A stretch of DNA of 64,000 nucleotides, taken from Candidatus Heimdallarchaeota archaeon. GTDB lineage: Archaea; Asgardarchaeota; Wukongarchaeia; Wukongarchaeales; JBHIFL01. Every line of letters begins with the position of its first letter. Positions within the stretch are counted from its first letter, which is position 1. The translations under genes and the position numbers were made by a program. The stretch is from positions 1-64,000 of the forward strand of contig JBHIFL010000005.1 of NCBI GenBank assembly GCA_046761065.1. Reading direction: 5' to 3'. This document shows positions 20,193 to 32,127 of this stretch, in pieces. The notes beneath the pieces are model-generated. The model saw only the letters and a program-made list of their open reading frames with translations. It was not told the origin of the DNA and made no database searches.

Positions 20193-21332
20193 ATGGCAGA
20201 AACAACAATTGCTGGCAAACCGGTAGTGGTTGACAATGGAGACGGATTGAGTAAGAACGGATACGCGGGGGAGGATCAGCCACGGAGTGTATTTCCGACG
20301 ATCATCGGCTTTCCGAAATACCAGAGTATCATGAGTGATGTAGAACACTACGTAAGGGAGTACTACATCGGCGAAGAAGCGATGAACATCCGAGGAGTCT
20401 TAAGACTGCTATATCCCATTGAACATGGGCATATCACCGATTTTGATGGGATGGAAAAGATTTGGCATTATTCCTTCTATAATGTCCTCCGAGTGAATCC
20501 GAGTGAACATCCGATTCTGTTGACTGAACCGCCGCTGAACCCACTGACCAATAGAGAGAAAATGGCTGAAATCATGTTTGAAACGTTCAATGTCCCTGCA
20601 GTCTATATCTCGATGCAAGCCGTGTTGTCTCTGTACGCCTCGGGCCGAACCACCGGTCTGGTGGTGGACAGTGGAGACGGAGTCACTCATATCGTCCCGA
20701 TCTATGAGGGCTTTGCGATCCCACATGCAATTGCGAGGATTGACATCGGCGGTCGAGACATCACAGAATATTTACGACGGCTACTACGCCAGAGAGGCCA
20801 CAGTCTGACAAGCAGTGCCGAGAAAGAAATTGTACGGGACATCAAAGAACGCCTCTGCTATGTTGCGTTAGATCCAGAGAAGGAACTCACACTGGCAGAA
20901 AAAGTCAGCGGGATGGAAAAGCAGTACACACTTCCAGATGGCGAAATGATTGCCATCGGACCCGAACGATTCCTTGCAGCTGAAACCCTGTTTAACCCAT
21001 CGCTCGTAGGGCGAGAAGACGCGCCACTGGACGATTCGGTCTATCGCGCGATTCAAGCGTGTGATATCGACTTACGAAAGGAATTGTATGCTAATATCGT
21101 GTTAAGTGGCGGATCTACAATGTTTCCAGGTTTGAAAGAACGGTTGCACAAAGAGATCAGTGAGCTAGTTCCTGAGGGGATTGAAATTCGAATTATTGCA
21201 CCCCCCGAGCGCCGATACTCGGTTTGGATTGGTGGGAGCATTCTATCAAGTCTCAAAACGTTCCAAAAAATGTGGGTCTCCAGAAAAGAGTACCAAGAGC
21301 AGGGAACATCCGCCATTCATCGCTGTATCTAG
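20193..21332 (+). CDS. Asgard actin (Lokiactin-type)
   Basis: [74 protein letters not shown]. Confidence 0.97.
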   Translation: MAETTIAGKPVVVDNGDGLSKNGYAGEDQPRSVFPTIIGFPKYQSIMSDVEHYVREYYIGEEAMNIRGVLRLLYPIEHGHITDFDGMEKIWHYSFYNVLRVNPSEHPILLTEPPLNPLTNREKMAEIMFETFNVPAVYISMQAVLSLYASGRTTGLVVDSGDGVTHIVPIYEGFAIPHAIARIDIGGRDITEYLRRLLRQRGHSLTSSAEKEIVRDIKERLCYVALDPEKELTLAEKVSGMEKQYTLPDGEMIAIGPERFLAAETLFNPSLVGREDAPLDDSVYRAIQACDIDLRKELYANIVLSGGSTMFPGLKERLHKEISELVPEGIEIRIIAPPERRYSVWIGGSILSSLKTFQKMWVSRKEYQEQGTSAIHRCI

Positions 21333-22105
21333 ACTAAACCCTTTTTCAAGTCGCCACTCTCTCTTATCTTCGGTTCCTCTCGGACACCTTGGCGAGACAG
21401 GAGTTAACGGCTGATCCTACAAACTTCAGGGTCGTATTCAAACTCGTTATCCCCCCAATACGCAAGCAGATCGCTTTCACTTTTTCACCACAGAACTTTC
21501 CAGTCAGGATGTGGTGAACTATTTCACAAGGGGTAATTCTGACTCCGAGTCCCCTTCTCTGTCGTAAAGGGGTAAAGGGCTACTCCTCCTGTCCAATCGA
21601 GATGCAACGATCCATTTTCTGTCTGCCAATCGGGAGTATCACTGGTTCCAACCCGCATGAGAGCAGGTGACGCTGCAGGTTCGGCGCAAGGAACAAACTA
21701 AACTGATCTATAAACAGGATGATGGCTTTACTGGTAGTGCAGTGGCCGCGTGATCGAGGTCATTGGCGCGTGATCATCCCAAACATCTCCAGCTACATGG
21801 TGGCACCAGGGAGTAGAATACTTAGGACTCGTAAACACATTGAAAGAGCAGAACCACAGTAGCCTACTCAGATGACAGAGTCCGCACATTGTCCATTGAA
21901 GCCTTGATCCCAGCCGGGCCGATTTTTGAGCAATCAAGGGGAAGGGGGGAAGTTCTGCTTGGGTAAGGTAATAACCGTACTTCGAACGTTTTTCGATTTG
22001 CATCATCAATGGGAAGTATATACGGGGGAGCATGCCTTGGTGAATAAATTTCCAGTATCAAGGTGAAAAGCATGAAGAAAAGAAGAGGAAAAATAAAAGG
22101 GGCAA

Positions 22106-22441
22106 TTACAGAGTACAGTTGCGGTTTGCTTGTGAGAGGTCCATTGCCTTACCCCGAACACAATAATGGTCCCACCGGAGACTCATTGTCCGCGAAATTG
22201 GACATTGGGCACACAGGCAGCTTTTTTGCTCATGGATTATCGAGCTTTTACCTAAGGTACAAAAGCCGAGAGCAGTCTCCCCCGTTCCTTGATAAGATGG
22301 GCATTTGCCACAATAATCCTCACAGAAGCCGATTAAATTTTCCATGCTTCTTTTCTGATCCATTTCTGACATGCGCGCCAGCATCTTAATTTTTTCTTCG
22401 AAAGTGCCACTAGCGAAGTTCTCATCAGAATTTGACATCAT
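22106..22441 (-). CDS. Cys-rich DUF2769-like protein
   Basis: C.KCPSY, FC..GKS, SCLCAQCP, YC..G. Confidence 0.7.
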   Translation of the reverse strand: MMSNSDENFASGTFEEKIKMLARMSEMDQKRSMENLIGFCEDYCGKCPSYQGTGETALGFCTLGKSSIIHEQKSCLCAQCPISRTMSLRWDHYCVRGKAMDLSQANRNCTL

Positions 22442-22736
22442 ATCACCTTTTTTTCGTTTTTTTGTTAAACATGTACTTTAAAAAAGATCGATTTCCCTAA
22501 ATAATAAAGTAAGCGATAGATTTTGGTATTCTGCTTTTTCGGTTCTTTTCCCATTTCTTCAGATCGTTACTATGACCGTGCCCTTAAAATGACCTAGTTT
22601 AGTCAAAGAGCCCCAGAAACCTGTACATTCGCTTGTTACTGATCTCGAAGAGCAAGGCGACCTCATGCATTATACATCAACAGATGATTCCAAATTTTTC
22701 TAAGAAGATTCGTGGTAGTTATTGCGTAGTTCAATG

Positions 22737-23157
22737 AAGGCCAGACTATTATTTGAAAACAGGATCTAGTACTTCAATATCAGCAACTCTCTTAAATAAT
22801 TGATCAGGGGTCATTATTTTCTTAATGTTATTGGCTTTCATTGCAGTAATGATCGTAGCATCTCTTCCTCCAATTCCAAACTAAGAATTGAGCACAAAAT
22901 GCTTTAAAACATCTTCCAAAGTTCCCTCAGCTAGAGGAATGATTTCAAAATCATAGTTAAGAAAAATATCCGCTTTTTCTTTGCCAATCAAAGGTCCTAA
23001 CCGTTACCCAGATAATAAAAGGTCTCGACAGCAATTATGACAGTTATCATAATTTGTTCTTCATGTAACACTTTTCTCAACGTTTTGGCTACGGGTTTAT
23101 GCTCAGGAAGAGTTTGATCAAAGAAATATGCCCAATGTTCGAGTCGATCATGATCAC
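22737..23157 (-). pseudogene. PIN/VapC toxin, frameshifted
   Basis: MIDSNI/WAYFFD..LPEH and GRDATII.AM...I..IMT.D pieces in broken frames. Confidence 0.75.
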
Positions 23158-23387
23158 ATGGTGAGCCCCCAAATCTTCTTTAGATCTAATGGGTCAACAT
23201 CTCCCGGGGTTTGGATACAACCTTCTAGTTCAGCAATTAGTGTATCTGCATTAACAACCTTCTCTAAGATGATTTTTTTCCGTTCTACTTTTATTCGTAA
23301 CTTATCACCAACTTTTATTCCTGCTCTATCTCGATCTTCCTTTGGAATAGTCACTCTCCCTCGGTCATCAATCGCAATTATGCCCAT
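23154..23387 (-). CDS. AbrB/MazE-type antitoxin
   Basis: IDDRGRVTIPK..R...GI..GD. Confidence 0.88.
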   Translation of the reverse strand: MGIIAIDDRGRVTIPKEDRDRAGIKVGDKLRIKVERKKIILEKVVNADTLIAELEGCIQTPGDVDPLDLKKIWGLTM

Positions 23388-23727
23388 TTATATACCCTAA
23401 CCCACATGGATACCCATTCTTTTATGTGTTTCAGGATGCGAATAATTTTGTATCGGTCATCGTTCTATGATTAAAGGTGAATCCAGGAAATCTAGCTCAG
23501 ATTCTGGAGTTAATCGAGAGGCATGGATGAAAGCCGGCATCTCCCAGATGCCCCTGCTAGCTAGCGATCCGTGGTTGCCAACGTGTGGACCGTCTGCAAT
23601 GTTCTTCCAACCATTGACTAACGAAGCATTGAATCAAGCCAGACCCTTTTTTGAGTGATTGGCAGGGAAGAGTGAAAATAAGTAATGTCTCAGATATTGA
23701 TTAATCTGGAGATAAGCAGGTGAAAAC

Positions 23728-24912
23728 ATGTTAGTCGAATTAAAACCCGGAATTTACATGTTGAGAACGCTAGATTGGGAAAGACGTCTGTTTGACGAAT
23801 TAATTCCTTTACCCGATGGAACGAGTTATAATGCCTACGTGATCAAAGGAACAGATGGAGTGGCTTTAATAGATTCCTCGGATACCAGGAAAATCGAACC
23901 CTTTCTGAAAGATTTACAGAACTTATCTTTAGACCGGCTTGATTACATCGTGGCGAATCATGCGGAGCCGGACCATTCAGGAGCCATTCCCGCGGTATTA
24001 GACATGTATCCTGATGCGAAAGTGGTTTGTACCGAAAAATGCAAGGATATCATGGCTGACCTGCTCCATATTCCTCTTGAACGCTTTCTCACGGTGACAG
24101 GGGAGAGTACGCTTGATCTGGGAAATCTTACCTTGAAGTTCATCATTGCCCCGTGGGTTCACTGGCCAGAAACCATGTTTACTCATTTACCCGAAGAAAA
24201 GACCCTCTTTACATGTGATTTCCTTGGGAATCACATTGCTTCTAGCGAGATTTATTCATCTAATGATGCGTGGGTGTATAACGCGGCAAAGCGATACTAT
24301 GCGGAAATAATGATGCCATTTAGGAAAATGATCGCAAAACACCTAGAAGTTGTTGGGAACATGGATCTAGACCTCGTAGCGACCAGTCACGGGTTAATCT
24401 ACAAGGAACCGGAGTTCATCATCAATGCCTATAAAGAATGGGTATCGGATACCGTGAAAAACGAAGTGGTTATCCCCTATGTCTCGATGTACGGTAGCAC
24501 GGAGAAGCTGGTGAAATATCTCGCGGAAAGCCTTATTCGCAAGGGAATACCTGTAAAACCCTTCATGTTGACAGCGACGGACATTGGCGAGTTAGCAATG
24601 GCGCTAGTGGATGCGGCGACGATTGTTATTGGCTCGCCTACGGTTCTCACGGGGGCGCACCCCGCCGTCATCTATGGGGCCTATCTTGCAAACTTGATCC
24701 GACCTAAAGCCAAGTTTGCGACTGTTGTTGGGTCCTATGGCTGGAGGGGAAAGCTCGTGGATCAGATCGTGAGCTTGCTACCGAATCTCAAGGTCGAATT
24801 ACTCGACCCTGTCGTGGTTAAAGGCAAGCCAGACGAGGAAGATTTCCAGAAAATTGACAGGTTAAGCGACGACATTGTGGCTAAACATCGTGAGCTCGGA
24901 TTATTAACTTGA
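23728..24912 (+). CDS. fprA: Flavodiiron protein (FprA/A-type flavoprotein)
   Basis: GTSYNAY, HAEPDHSG, VHWPETM, FTCD, flavodoxin SMYGST. Confidence 0.92.
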   Translation: MLVELKPGIYMLRTLDWERRLFDELIPLPDGTSYNAYVIKGTDGVALIDSSDTRKIEPFLKDLQNLSLDRLDYIVANHAEPDHSGAIPAVLDMYPDAKVVCTEKCKDIMADLLHIPLERFLTVTGESTLDLGNLTLKFIIAPWVHWPETMFTHLPEEKTLFTCDFLGNHIASSEIYSSNDAWVYNAAKRYYAEIMMPFRKMIAKHLEVVGNMDLDLVATSHGLIYKEPEFIINAYKEWVSDTVKNEVVIPYVSMYGSTEKLVKYLAESLIRKGIPVKPFMLTATDIGELAMALVDAATIVIGSPTVLTGAHPAVIYGAYLANLIRPKAKFATVVGSYGWRGKLVDQIVSLLPNLKVELLDPVVVKGKPDEEDFQKIDRLSDDIVAKHRELGLLT

Positions 24913-25359
24913 ATTGTGCAAGAGGGGGGATCACAGTGAAAAGGAGCCAAGAGAAAACCGTTCACGCGGTGCGTTCAAGATGGGATTTACGATTAACAGC
25001 CAAGTGGATGAAGACCAGGCAAAACAATGTAATCAGCTCATGAACACTGTAAAAATCGACGTCCTGTTATTGACCAAACCCTCTACATGTATTACTTGAC
25101 GGATGACCGGATGTTTATGTGCGTATACGATGATTACAGCAGTAATGGGAAGTCCTATTCATTATTGCCATAAAAACGTGGTCTGCTGGTCTTGCTTTCA
25201 AAGGTTCAAAACATTGTGGATTCTGTCACATTACCAATGAATCATTAATTCCATCCAGACAATTTTTTTCTTGTTCCTTCACTTTTTTTCATTTTATACT
25301 CGACTTTTTTAAGATCAATGGTAAACTCCATGATGAAGCTCGTGCGACATGAAGCACAC

Positions 25360-25446
25360 GTGACGGTGGGGACACAACATCAAGGCTCGGGAGCTTTGCG
25401 TACTAAGGAATTAAGATAACCCCTCCTTCAGGGGCGTGCTGCTCAC
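25360..25446 (+). mobile_element. Degenerate IS605-type right-end remnant
   Basis: ACGGTGGGGACAC...AAGGCTCGGGAG...CCCCTCCTTCAGGGGCG...CTCAC resembles tnpB 3' ends. Confidence 0.45.
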
Positions 25447-25539
25447 GGTTTGAAGTTGAAGAATCCTATTTACCTGATACTAGCGAAATGAATTAGATGA
25501 ATAAGTATATTGTTATGTTATTCTATCAAGGGAGGTGTA

Positions 25540-25767
25540 ATGTTGTTCAAAAATCGCATTACAGTCAATCCAAAGGTCATGGGAGGGACTCCTTGTATTC
25601 GAAACACGCGAATCCCCGTCTCAATTATCCTGAAACTCCTAGCCAAAGGTGAAACCCCAGAACAACTTCTCACCGATTATCCGGAACTGACGGAAGAAGA
25701 TATTCGATCCTGTTTAGAGTATGCCAGTTGGAGTGTGTCTGAGACTTCTCTCCCGATGGAAACATGA
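25540..25767 (+). CDS. DUF433 antitoxin
   Basis: RITVNP.VMGG.PCIRNTRIPV, YPELT.EDI. Confidence 0.9.
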   Translation: MLFKNRITVNPKVMGGTPCIRNTRIPVSIILKLLAKGETPEQLLTDYPELTEEDIRSCLEYASWSVSETSLPMET

Positions 25768-26130
25768 AATTCCTGATTGACAAAGCGCTTTCCCCGCGAA
25801 CAGTGGTTTACTTAATAGAAAGCGGCTACAACGCTGTGAGAGCAGACACTGTAACTCCAGGAACCGTTGTCGAAGATGAAACGATTTTTAATTATGCCAT
25901 TGAGAATGGTTACTACATTATTACCACCGTCTTGGGTTTGGAGCGATTTTAGCCTATACAAAAAGCAAAAGCCCCTTCACTATTATTCTTCGCTTAGAAG
26001 ATCAAAGAATAGCTAATGTAAACCACCTTTTACTCCAAGTGTTATCTAAAATCGCTAAAGCCCTAGAAGACGGTTCTAATATCATCATCCAGGAAAATCA
26101 GATCCGCATTAAACCCCTTCCTATTAAAAC
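25764..26130 (+). pseudogene. DUF5615 PIN-like toxin, frameshifted near 25930
   Basis: MKFLID..LSP, D..IF..A, ITT, then FGAILAY...IILRL...IRIKPLP in another frame. Confidence 0.8.
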
Positions 26131-26245
26131 ACCCCAAGCACAAAAGAAAATCTCCGGAACACAGATGAACCATCACCTACACCTACAACGCCCCTATCAT
26201 TGATGGTTTTGAGAGTTGGAACTCAAAAGTTGAATCCGTTTATAA

Positions 26246-26413
26246 TGGTGCGGTCGCCGGGAGTTTCAAAAAGACGCAAATCATCCTTTTTTTGAACCCG
26301 GGTTTCCCGTCGGCACATTCCAACGCACAAATACGAGCTTGGAAGGCTCGAGTCCTTACGGCCGAATCAGCGACCTACGGCCTGACTCGAAGACCTGGCT
26401 AGACAACGACCGC
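26246..26413 (-). tRNA. tRNA-Gly(TCC) with three introns: D-loop (~26357-26390), 45/46 (26304-26331), 59/60 (26263-26290)
   Basis: Acceptor GCGGTCG/CGACCGC + ACCA; anticodon arm CGAGC-CTTCCAA-GCTCG; T arm CCGGG/CCCGG; BHB motifs at 45/46 and 59/60. Confidence 0.88.
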
Positions 26414-26832
26414 ACAGTTATTTCCAGTAAAAAATTAACCCGTTTAAATTCTCTTTTATCAATATTCATGGGTTGAAATTAATTGCTAAAAAATTATAGT
26501 TGAGGGCGAACTTCCCAGATCATGTCCTTGAGGGATTCGATCAGAAGTATAAGAGACCATGTCCAAGTGTTCCCCTCTCAGAGAGCTCTCCATGTTATCA
26601 AATGTTTTTAACAGAGTTGTTAGGGCTCTTGGTAATGCCAACAAAGCTCGACAATATACCAAGCAAATAAGCCGAAAATTGACCTATTTACCAGAAAAGA
26701 TTTACAATTCACTCGTTTATGGCCCAAAAAAGGTTTACAAGGGAATTGATAATACAATCATAACCTGCCAGTACCAAACCATACCTCAACATAAGGATAA
26801 ATTGGAATTGGAGCTGGGATTTCAGGAGATAT

Positions 26833-27591
26833 TCATTTTTTTGCAATAATTAGAAATCTATGGCCATGGGTTGTGAATTGTCCCGTTTTCTGGATTTTAA
26901 AATGTAATTCTTTAAATCTGTTAACATTTTTATCAATATCAAAATCGGGGATCTGCCAGGAGATCATACGTAGATAAAATACTACTGCCCCGATATCTCT
27001 AAAATGCTCTTTAAACACCACTTCTTTACCATCAAGTATATCGAATCCATTCTCCTTCAATTGCAACGATGCATATTTTAAATCCCATTTTGCCTTTTTG
27101 TAAGTCTTATCTCCAAAAAATTGATTTAATTCAATATTGTCATATTTTCCTACCTGTTGGGTAATAAATATCCCATTAGGTTTGAGTATTCGATAAACTT
27201 CATGAGGATAATAGTATTCATGCCGATTTATTATTAGATCGAAGAAATCGTTAGGCAATGGGAGTTTTTCATGCTTCATAACCAATACTACCTTAATACC
27301 TCGTTTTTCAAGGTTTTTTTTTGCAATTGGGATATTAGGGGGATATGCTTCTGTTGCGTATGTATTCTTGGGAAGTGGTTTTAATGTTGACAGAAATTCA
27401 CCGCCCCCAGTGCCCATGTCTAACATATAAGTTGATTTTTTGACAAAAGGGAGAATTAACTTCCCATATTCCCAGGGAGGAAGATCTGAAATCATTCTAT
27501 CTTTAATATATGAAAAATCCCATCCTTTGATATCCGCGGCTTTAGCATCTTTAAAAAGGCTGATAAAATCCTCTTCCGCGGTTTTACCCAA
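26833..27591 (-). CDS. Class I SAM-dependent methyltransferase
   Basis: GWDFS, LDMGTGGGE, FDLIINRHE, LKPNG.FITQQV. Confidence 0.9.
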   Translation of the reverse strand: MGKTAEEDFISLFKDAKAADIKGWDFSYIKDRMISDLPPWEYGKLILPFVKKSTYMLDMGTGGGEFLSTLKPLPKNTYATEAYPPNIPIAKKNLEKRGIKVVLVMKHEKLPLPNDFFDLIINRHEYYYPHEVYRILKPNGIFITQQVGKYDNIELNQFFGDKTYKKAKWDLKYASLQLKENGFDILDGKEVVFKEHFRDIGAVVFYLRMISWQIPDFDIDKNVNRFKELHFKIQKTGQFTTHGHRFLIIAKK

Positions 27592-28128
27592 AAATTGAGC
27601 CTCCAGTTAGATGTAATGAATTAATCAATGGTATTGAACTCGCCTTACATTACTTATGATTACTACTTATAGAGGATTATGATTAATGGAGGTATCTCTA
27701 TTTCGCCATTCTCTCCATCTTACTCATGATACATATATGTTGCAACCATAAGCGGACAATGTGTAAAAAAAATACTGGGCTTATATGTCAATTGTAAGGC
27801 GAGAAAAGGCGTACATGGTGAATTTTCGCATCGACTCGCTCCAAGGCGATTTTGGCGGGCATATTCAGAAGTTTCCTGATGTGATTGATGGAATTCCCAG
27901 AAAAACGGAGTGGGAGAATACCATTTCCCAGGGCGGATTTAACAGTTCTTCTTCGCTTCTTCTTTTGGTTTCAATTTCTTCTTTTTTTTCTTTTCCTCAT
28001 GAAGGCATTCGATACACATTTTTTCTTTCACCTTACTTTGCATTAGATCTGGTAGTAAGTATGTAAAGTGAAGCTTTTAAATTGATAAGTTATTTTTCCA
28101 AAAGAAATGGATTTGGAGACTACTCACT

Positions 28129-28515
28129 ATGCAAAAGGAAAGTAACATCTGTTTAGTCCAAGAAGGGAAAGATGAAGTCTGTTTATGCCCCCTCGAAGGG
28201 ATCATTGAGGTCATCAGCAGGAAATGGACTCTCCAAATCGTTGCAACTCTCGGCAATCATGGAACCCTTCGATATAACGAGCTCATGAACCACCTGAGAG
28301 GCCAACATGGGGGAATCAGCCCACGAACGTTGACAGATAGGCTGAAAGACTTGGAAGGTCACGGTTTGATCAGCCGAAAGGCGTTCATGGAAATTCCCCC
28401 AAGAGTAGAATACTCCCTGACTCCGAGAGGACAGGAATTGAAGCACGCAATGATCCCCTTGATGAATTGGGTGGTTTCTGCTTCAGAAGGAATGTCTTCC
28501 ACGCCCACAAGGTAG
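28129..28515 (+). CDS. HxlR-family winged-helix regulator
   Basis: CP...KW, ISPRTLTDRLK.LE, EIPPRVEYSLT. Confidence 0.92.
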   Translation: MQKESNICLVQEGKDEVCLCPLEGIIEVISRKWTLQIVATLGNHGTLRYNELMNHLRGQHGGISPRTLTDRLKDLEGHGLISRKAFMEIPPRVEYSLTPRGQELKHAMIPLMNWVVSASEGMSSTPTR

Positions 28516-28582
28516 CAACAAGATGAACACAGAGCAGATATTTGACACCAACTATAATAAACCCTGTAAAATGGTGTTTAAT

Positions 28583-29815
28583 TTATTTGAATCGTTTCCT
28601 GCGAACAATGACAAATCCTAGCCCTAAGATCAAACCAACCACTACAACTGCAATCAATAATCCCTCGATACTCAAACGAGGGACAGCGCTCTTTTCGACC
28701 GAGGCGAAAATATACTGACCCAAGAGATCAAAATACGGCCAATGAGTTAAATCGCTCGATGCGAATACAACCACCAGATCATATTGCGGAATTACAAAAA
28801 TGAACTGACCAACAAACCCCAATGCATAAAACGCATGTAAATCTGGCTTTCTCCACCAACCGTAGCAGTAATCGGTACTAGTATCGACAGAAGAGTAGCT
28901 CGAGGTCGATATTGCCACCCAATCTTTAGGGATAAGTTGTTGAGCACCCCAGGTGCCATTATTCAGATAAAGAAACCCAAACTTTGCCATGGAACGGGGC
29001 GTTAATTCTAAACCACTTCCACCAAACGGAATCCCGTGGGAATCAGTCTGCCAGAACGCATCGACGATTCCCAGAGGAGCAAATAGAGAATCAATGGCAA
29101 AATCCTCAGTTGAGAGACCAGTAACATTCTGTAGAAGGGCTGATAAGAGATGGAATTCTCCTGAATTATAGTTCCAGACCTCTCCAGGAGCTGCAACCAT
29201 AGGTCTATCGAGAACAAATTGAACCCAATTAGGACTGGTCACAAGTTGGGTAAAACTATTATTTGGTGCTCCATAGGAGACATCGAACTCATGCCATTCA
29301 AGTCCCGAGGTCATGGTTAAGAGGTGTTTAATTGTGAGATTCTCTTTCCGGGAATCAAGATTTGCAACCGTTTGATTCGGGAAAAAATCAAGGATCTTTT
29401 GATCAACACTGTCAATATACCCCTTGTCAATTGCAATACCGATAAGCGCGGAAAGAACACTTTTAGTGCAGGAGAAGATGGGACGGAGGGAATCCTGATT
29501 ATAGTCAGGATTCAGATATTGCTCAAAGACTATGTACCCATTTCGAACGATGAGGATACTATCAATGGTAAACCCTTCGTCTTTAATATGCACAGTCATA
29601 GCGTCTAAGCGGGTTTCACTCATATTTTGGGCAGCAGGAGTCGAGACTTGCCAACCATCGGTAGGCCAATAGTCCCGTGTTAAATCTTTATTAACTATAG
29701 ATCGAGGTAGGAATTGGCAAGTATAACCAACACTGGTGGAAATTAAAGTATGATTACTTATTAAAAGCAATAACACGAGGACAATGAATTTAATCTTTAG
29801 TTTTTTAGCTATCAA
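28583..29815 (-). CDS. Serine hydrolase (beta-lactamase/AmpC family), exported with a C-terminal membrane anchor
   Basis: SCTK, LLTMTSGL, YNS; hydrophobic N- and C-termini. Confidence 0.9.
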   Translation of the reverse strand: MIAKKLKIKFIVLVLLLLISNHTLISTSVGYTCQFLPRSIVNKDLTRDYWPTDGWQVSTPAAQNMSETRLDAMTVHIKDEGFTIDSILIVRNGYIVFEQYLNPDYNQDSLRPIFSCTKSVLSALIGIAIDKGYIDSVDQKILDFFPNQTVANLDSRKENLTIKHLLTMTSGLEWHEFDVSYGAPNNSFTQLVTSPNWVQFVLDRPMVAAPGEVWNYNSGEFHLLSALLQNVTGLSTEDFAIDSLFAPLGIVDAFWQTDSHGIPFGGSGLELTPRSMAKFGFLYLNNGTWGAQQLIPKDWVAISTSSYSSVDTSTDYCYGWWRKPDLHAFYALGFVGQFIFVIPQYDLVVVFASSDLTHWPYFDLLGQYIFASVEKSAVPRLSIEGLLIAVVVVGLILGLGFVIVRRKRFK

Positions 29816-30138
29816 ATTTTGACCCCCCGATTTTCAACATCTATCCCTTTCTTATATTCGATTTCAATCGGTTTTTCATCTAGTATTTTAGAATTTTTAA
29901 ATTTTACTTGCAATTATTGACTAATTCGATGATGATTCGTTGTATATTTGCTGATCCCCTTATGAAGTTCGAAGATCTCTGATTACGTAATAGGAAATCA
30001 GAAATTCTTGTAGTAATCATATTTTTAGCGAAATAGGCAATTGATTGCAAGTTGTAAATCAAAAACAATAAAACCAATTAGTTTGCAATATTTTGCGTAA
30101 TAAGAACAAGTATATTCTATCTAGGAAGAGGCTTCGAA

Positions 30139-31251
30139 GTGGCCTTGAGACATTACATTCTGTCACGACCCATGATGAAATATACGCGGAGGATCGGCGT
30201 GCTCAGCGTGCTCAGCGCCCTTGTCGCAATTATTGCGAATACCATCATGGGTTATGCGACATATGAAGCGATTTTACTTGCGCTCAGTATCACTGCCGGG
30301 AGTGTAATAAACTCGGTGAAAGAATACTACATGATCCAATCGTATGCGGCCAAATATACTGCTCAGCGATATTACACATACCAATTATCCATGGGTGCGC
30401 TAATTGCTCTTGTTTCAATTCCAGGAGCGGAGCTCATTCTCCGAGGAATGGGAGCCGATCCAACGGTCAGACCGGAGGTAATCCTTCTAGAATTATTTAT
30501 CATTTATCTGTTCTTTCAAGAAGTCTTCGATACGTTCTTGAAAGATGCCAATGTCCGGTTTTACAAGATGGAGCATGGCATTTACTCCCCCACTTCAAGT
30601 GTTCATAACATCATTTCCCTCAGCCCGAGCTTCGACAAAATGTTTTCCATTAGATCCCACACAACAAGAGGCTCTCCTGCCCATGTCAAAACCTATTGGA
30701 AAACGATATTAAAGCTTTCCACAGGGAAAGGCTTGCTCGCGATCACCCTATCTTTGATTGTGCGGTATCCCATTACAAACAGCCAGGAACTGCGGCTTTC
30801 CGTCCTCTTTGGAATCTCGTATATGAGTTATGCCCTCTGCCAAATTGGGAAAGATTACGCGATTGTCAAGGCAACAACCGAGCAAATGAGTCGAGATAAG
30901 GCGGTACGAATCTGGATACTTCTGAGTCTCTTGCGAACCGCCATTGCGGGCCCTATGGCCGCGCTAGTCGCGAGTGGCTTACAGTTTAGCCCAAATATTG
31001 GGTTACCTGAAGAATTCGTTACATTTCTAAATAGGAACATTGCTTTGATAAGTGCTAGTGCCTTTGCCCTCTATACCCTAATTGATCAGCTGATAAATAA
31101 TAAAAAACAAGCCGCGAAACTTGACCTCATAACCGATGAGATCTACGCAGAAAAGACAATTGCTCTCTTCTTTCCTTCAGAAGAAGAACTCCGGTTCCGG
31201 ACATACGTGCGAGGTCCCGATGGCACATTCTACTTTCGAGAACGATCATAA
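30139..31251 (+). CDS. Hypothetical multi-pass membrane protein
   Basis: 370 aa, about 8 hydrophobic segments in two similar halves (KEYY/KDYA after the second helix). Confidence 0.7.
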   Translation: MALRHYILSRPMMKYTRRIGVLSVLSALVAIIANTIMGYATYEAILLALSITAGSVINSVKEYYMIQSYAAKYTAQRYYTYQLSMGALIALVSIPGAELILRGMGADPTVRPEVILLELFIIYLFFQEVFDTFLKDANVRFYKMEHGIYSPTSSVHNIISLSPSFDKMFSIRSHTTRGSPAHVKTYWKTILKLSTGKGLLAITLSLIVRYPITNSQELRLSVLFGISYMSYALCQIGKDYAIVKATTEQMSRDKAVRIWILLSLLRTAIAGPMAALVASGLQFSPNIGLPEEFVTFLNRNIALISASAFALYTLIDQLINNKKQAAKLDLITDEIYAEKTIALFFPSEEELRFRTYVRGPDGTFYFRERS

Positions 31252-31625
31252 CATCGTGTAAGAGTATAAGTCGTCTCAAAGAGCATTAACTTCTTAAGAA
31301 CACTCCTGCGGTCTTGGGCAGGGAGGGGAGCGGGGTTTCAAACTTCTCGGTCTTGGGCATGAAACCAAGGGCCAATAACTAATTAACAAAAGCTGTTTCA
31401 CTCATCACTTTCTTCCGCGTTTTCTCCCTTAGGTTTTACCTCAATTCCATACTTGCATCCATGGCATTGTAACCGTCCCTTTCTATAGTCACAAACGACT
31501 ACCCAATCCCAGCTCAATTCCCCATGGATCCAACGCATTGCATTAACTTCACATCTATATAACGGCATAAGCTGTAGCTCCTGCTTAGATCGGTATGCTG
31601 CACCATCCTTTATGAATTGATCTAA

Positions 31626-31863
31626 GTGAACTACCCCGTCCTGCCGGACGGAGCTTCGTGCGAAGGTTACCGCCCAACCACCGTCGGCAGTCTTATTCGC
31701 ACCGGGCGATCCACACGCCCCCGACTTCCTATCCGCACGGATTCAGAAGCTACTTGGAGGAGGTTGAGGGCCCCGTTGACATCTGCGTTTCGAACCATGC
31801 CACATTCAGCACAGATATACAGGCCCCGATATTTGCGATTCCTCTTGCGGCGGAGCCCGCAGT
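31626..31863 (-). mobile_element. IS200/IS605 remnant: tnpB 3' end and right end
   Basis: CG..RKRNRKYRGLYICAECG...NADVNGALN; end GAAGCTCCGTCCGGCAGGACGGGGTAGTTCAC. Confidence 0.88.
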
Positions 31864-32127
31864 TGGCTCCTCATTTACTATGGCGTAGATGACGATCACC
31901 AGTACCGCGCGGGGGCAGCGCTGCTAGACCTTCAGAACCCAGCAAAGGTATTTGACCGGCTACCTGAACCATTCTTCGAACCAGAGGCACCATTTGAGCG
32001 AGAGGGTGATGTGCCGATGGTGGTGTTCCCCGAGGGCGCGGTGGTCCACGAGGATAAGCTCTTCGTATACTATGGTGCCGCCGACAAGGTCTGCTGTGTG
32101 GCTACTGGTACCATCCGTATCTTTTAA
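31864..32127 (+). pseudogene. GH130-like glycosidase C-terminal fragment
   Basis: WLLIYYGVD...YRAGAALLDL.NP...EPE..FE..G.VP.VVFP.G...YYGAAD. Confidence 0.8.

Noticed and set aside
26180-26245. Integrase tail or att site next to the tRNA-Gly 3' end
   Set aside because: No recognisable recombinase motif and no duplicated tRNA 3' end found at the other side of the island within the window
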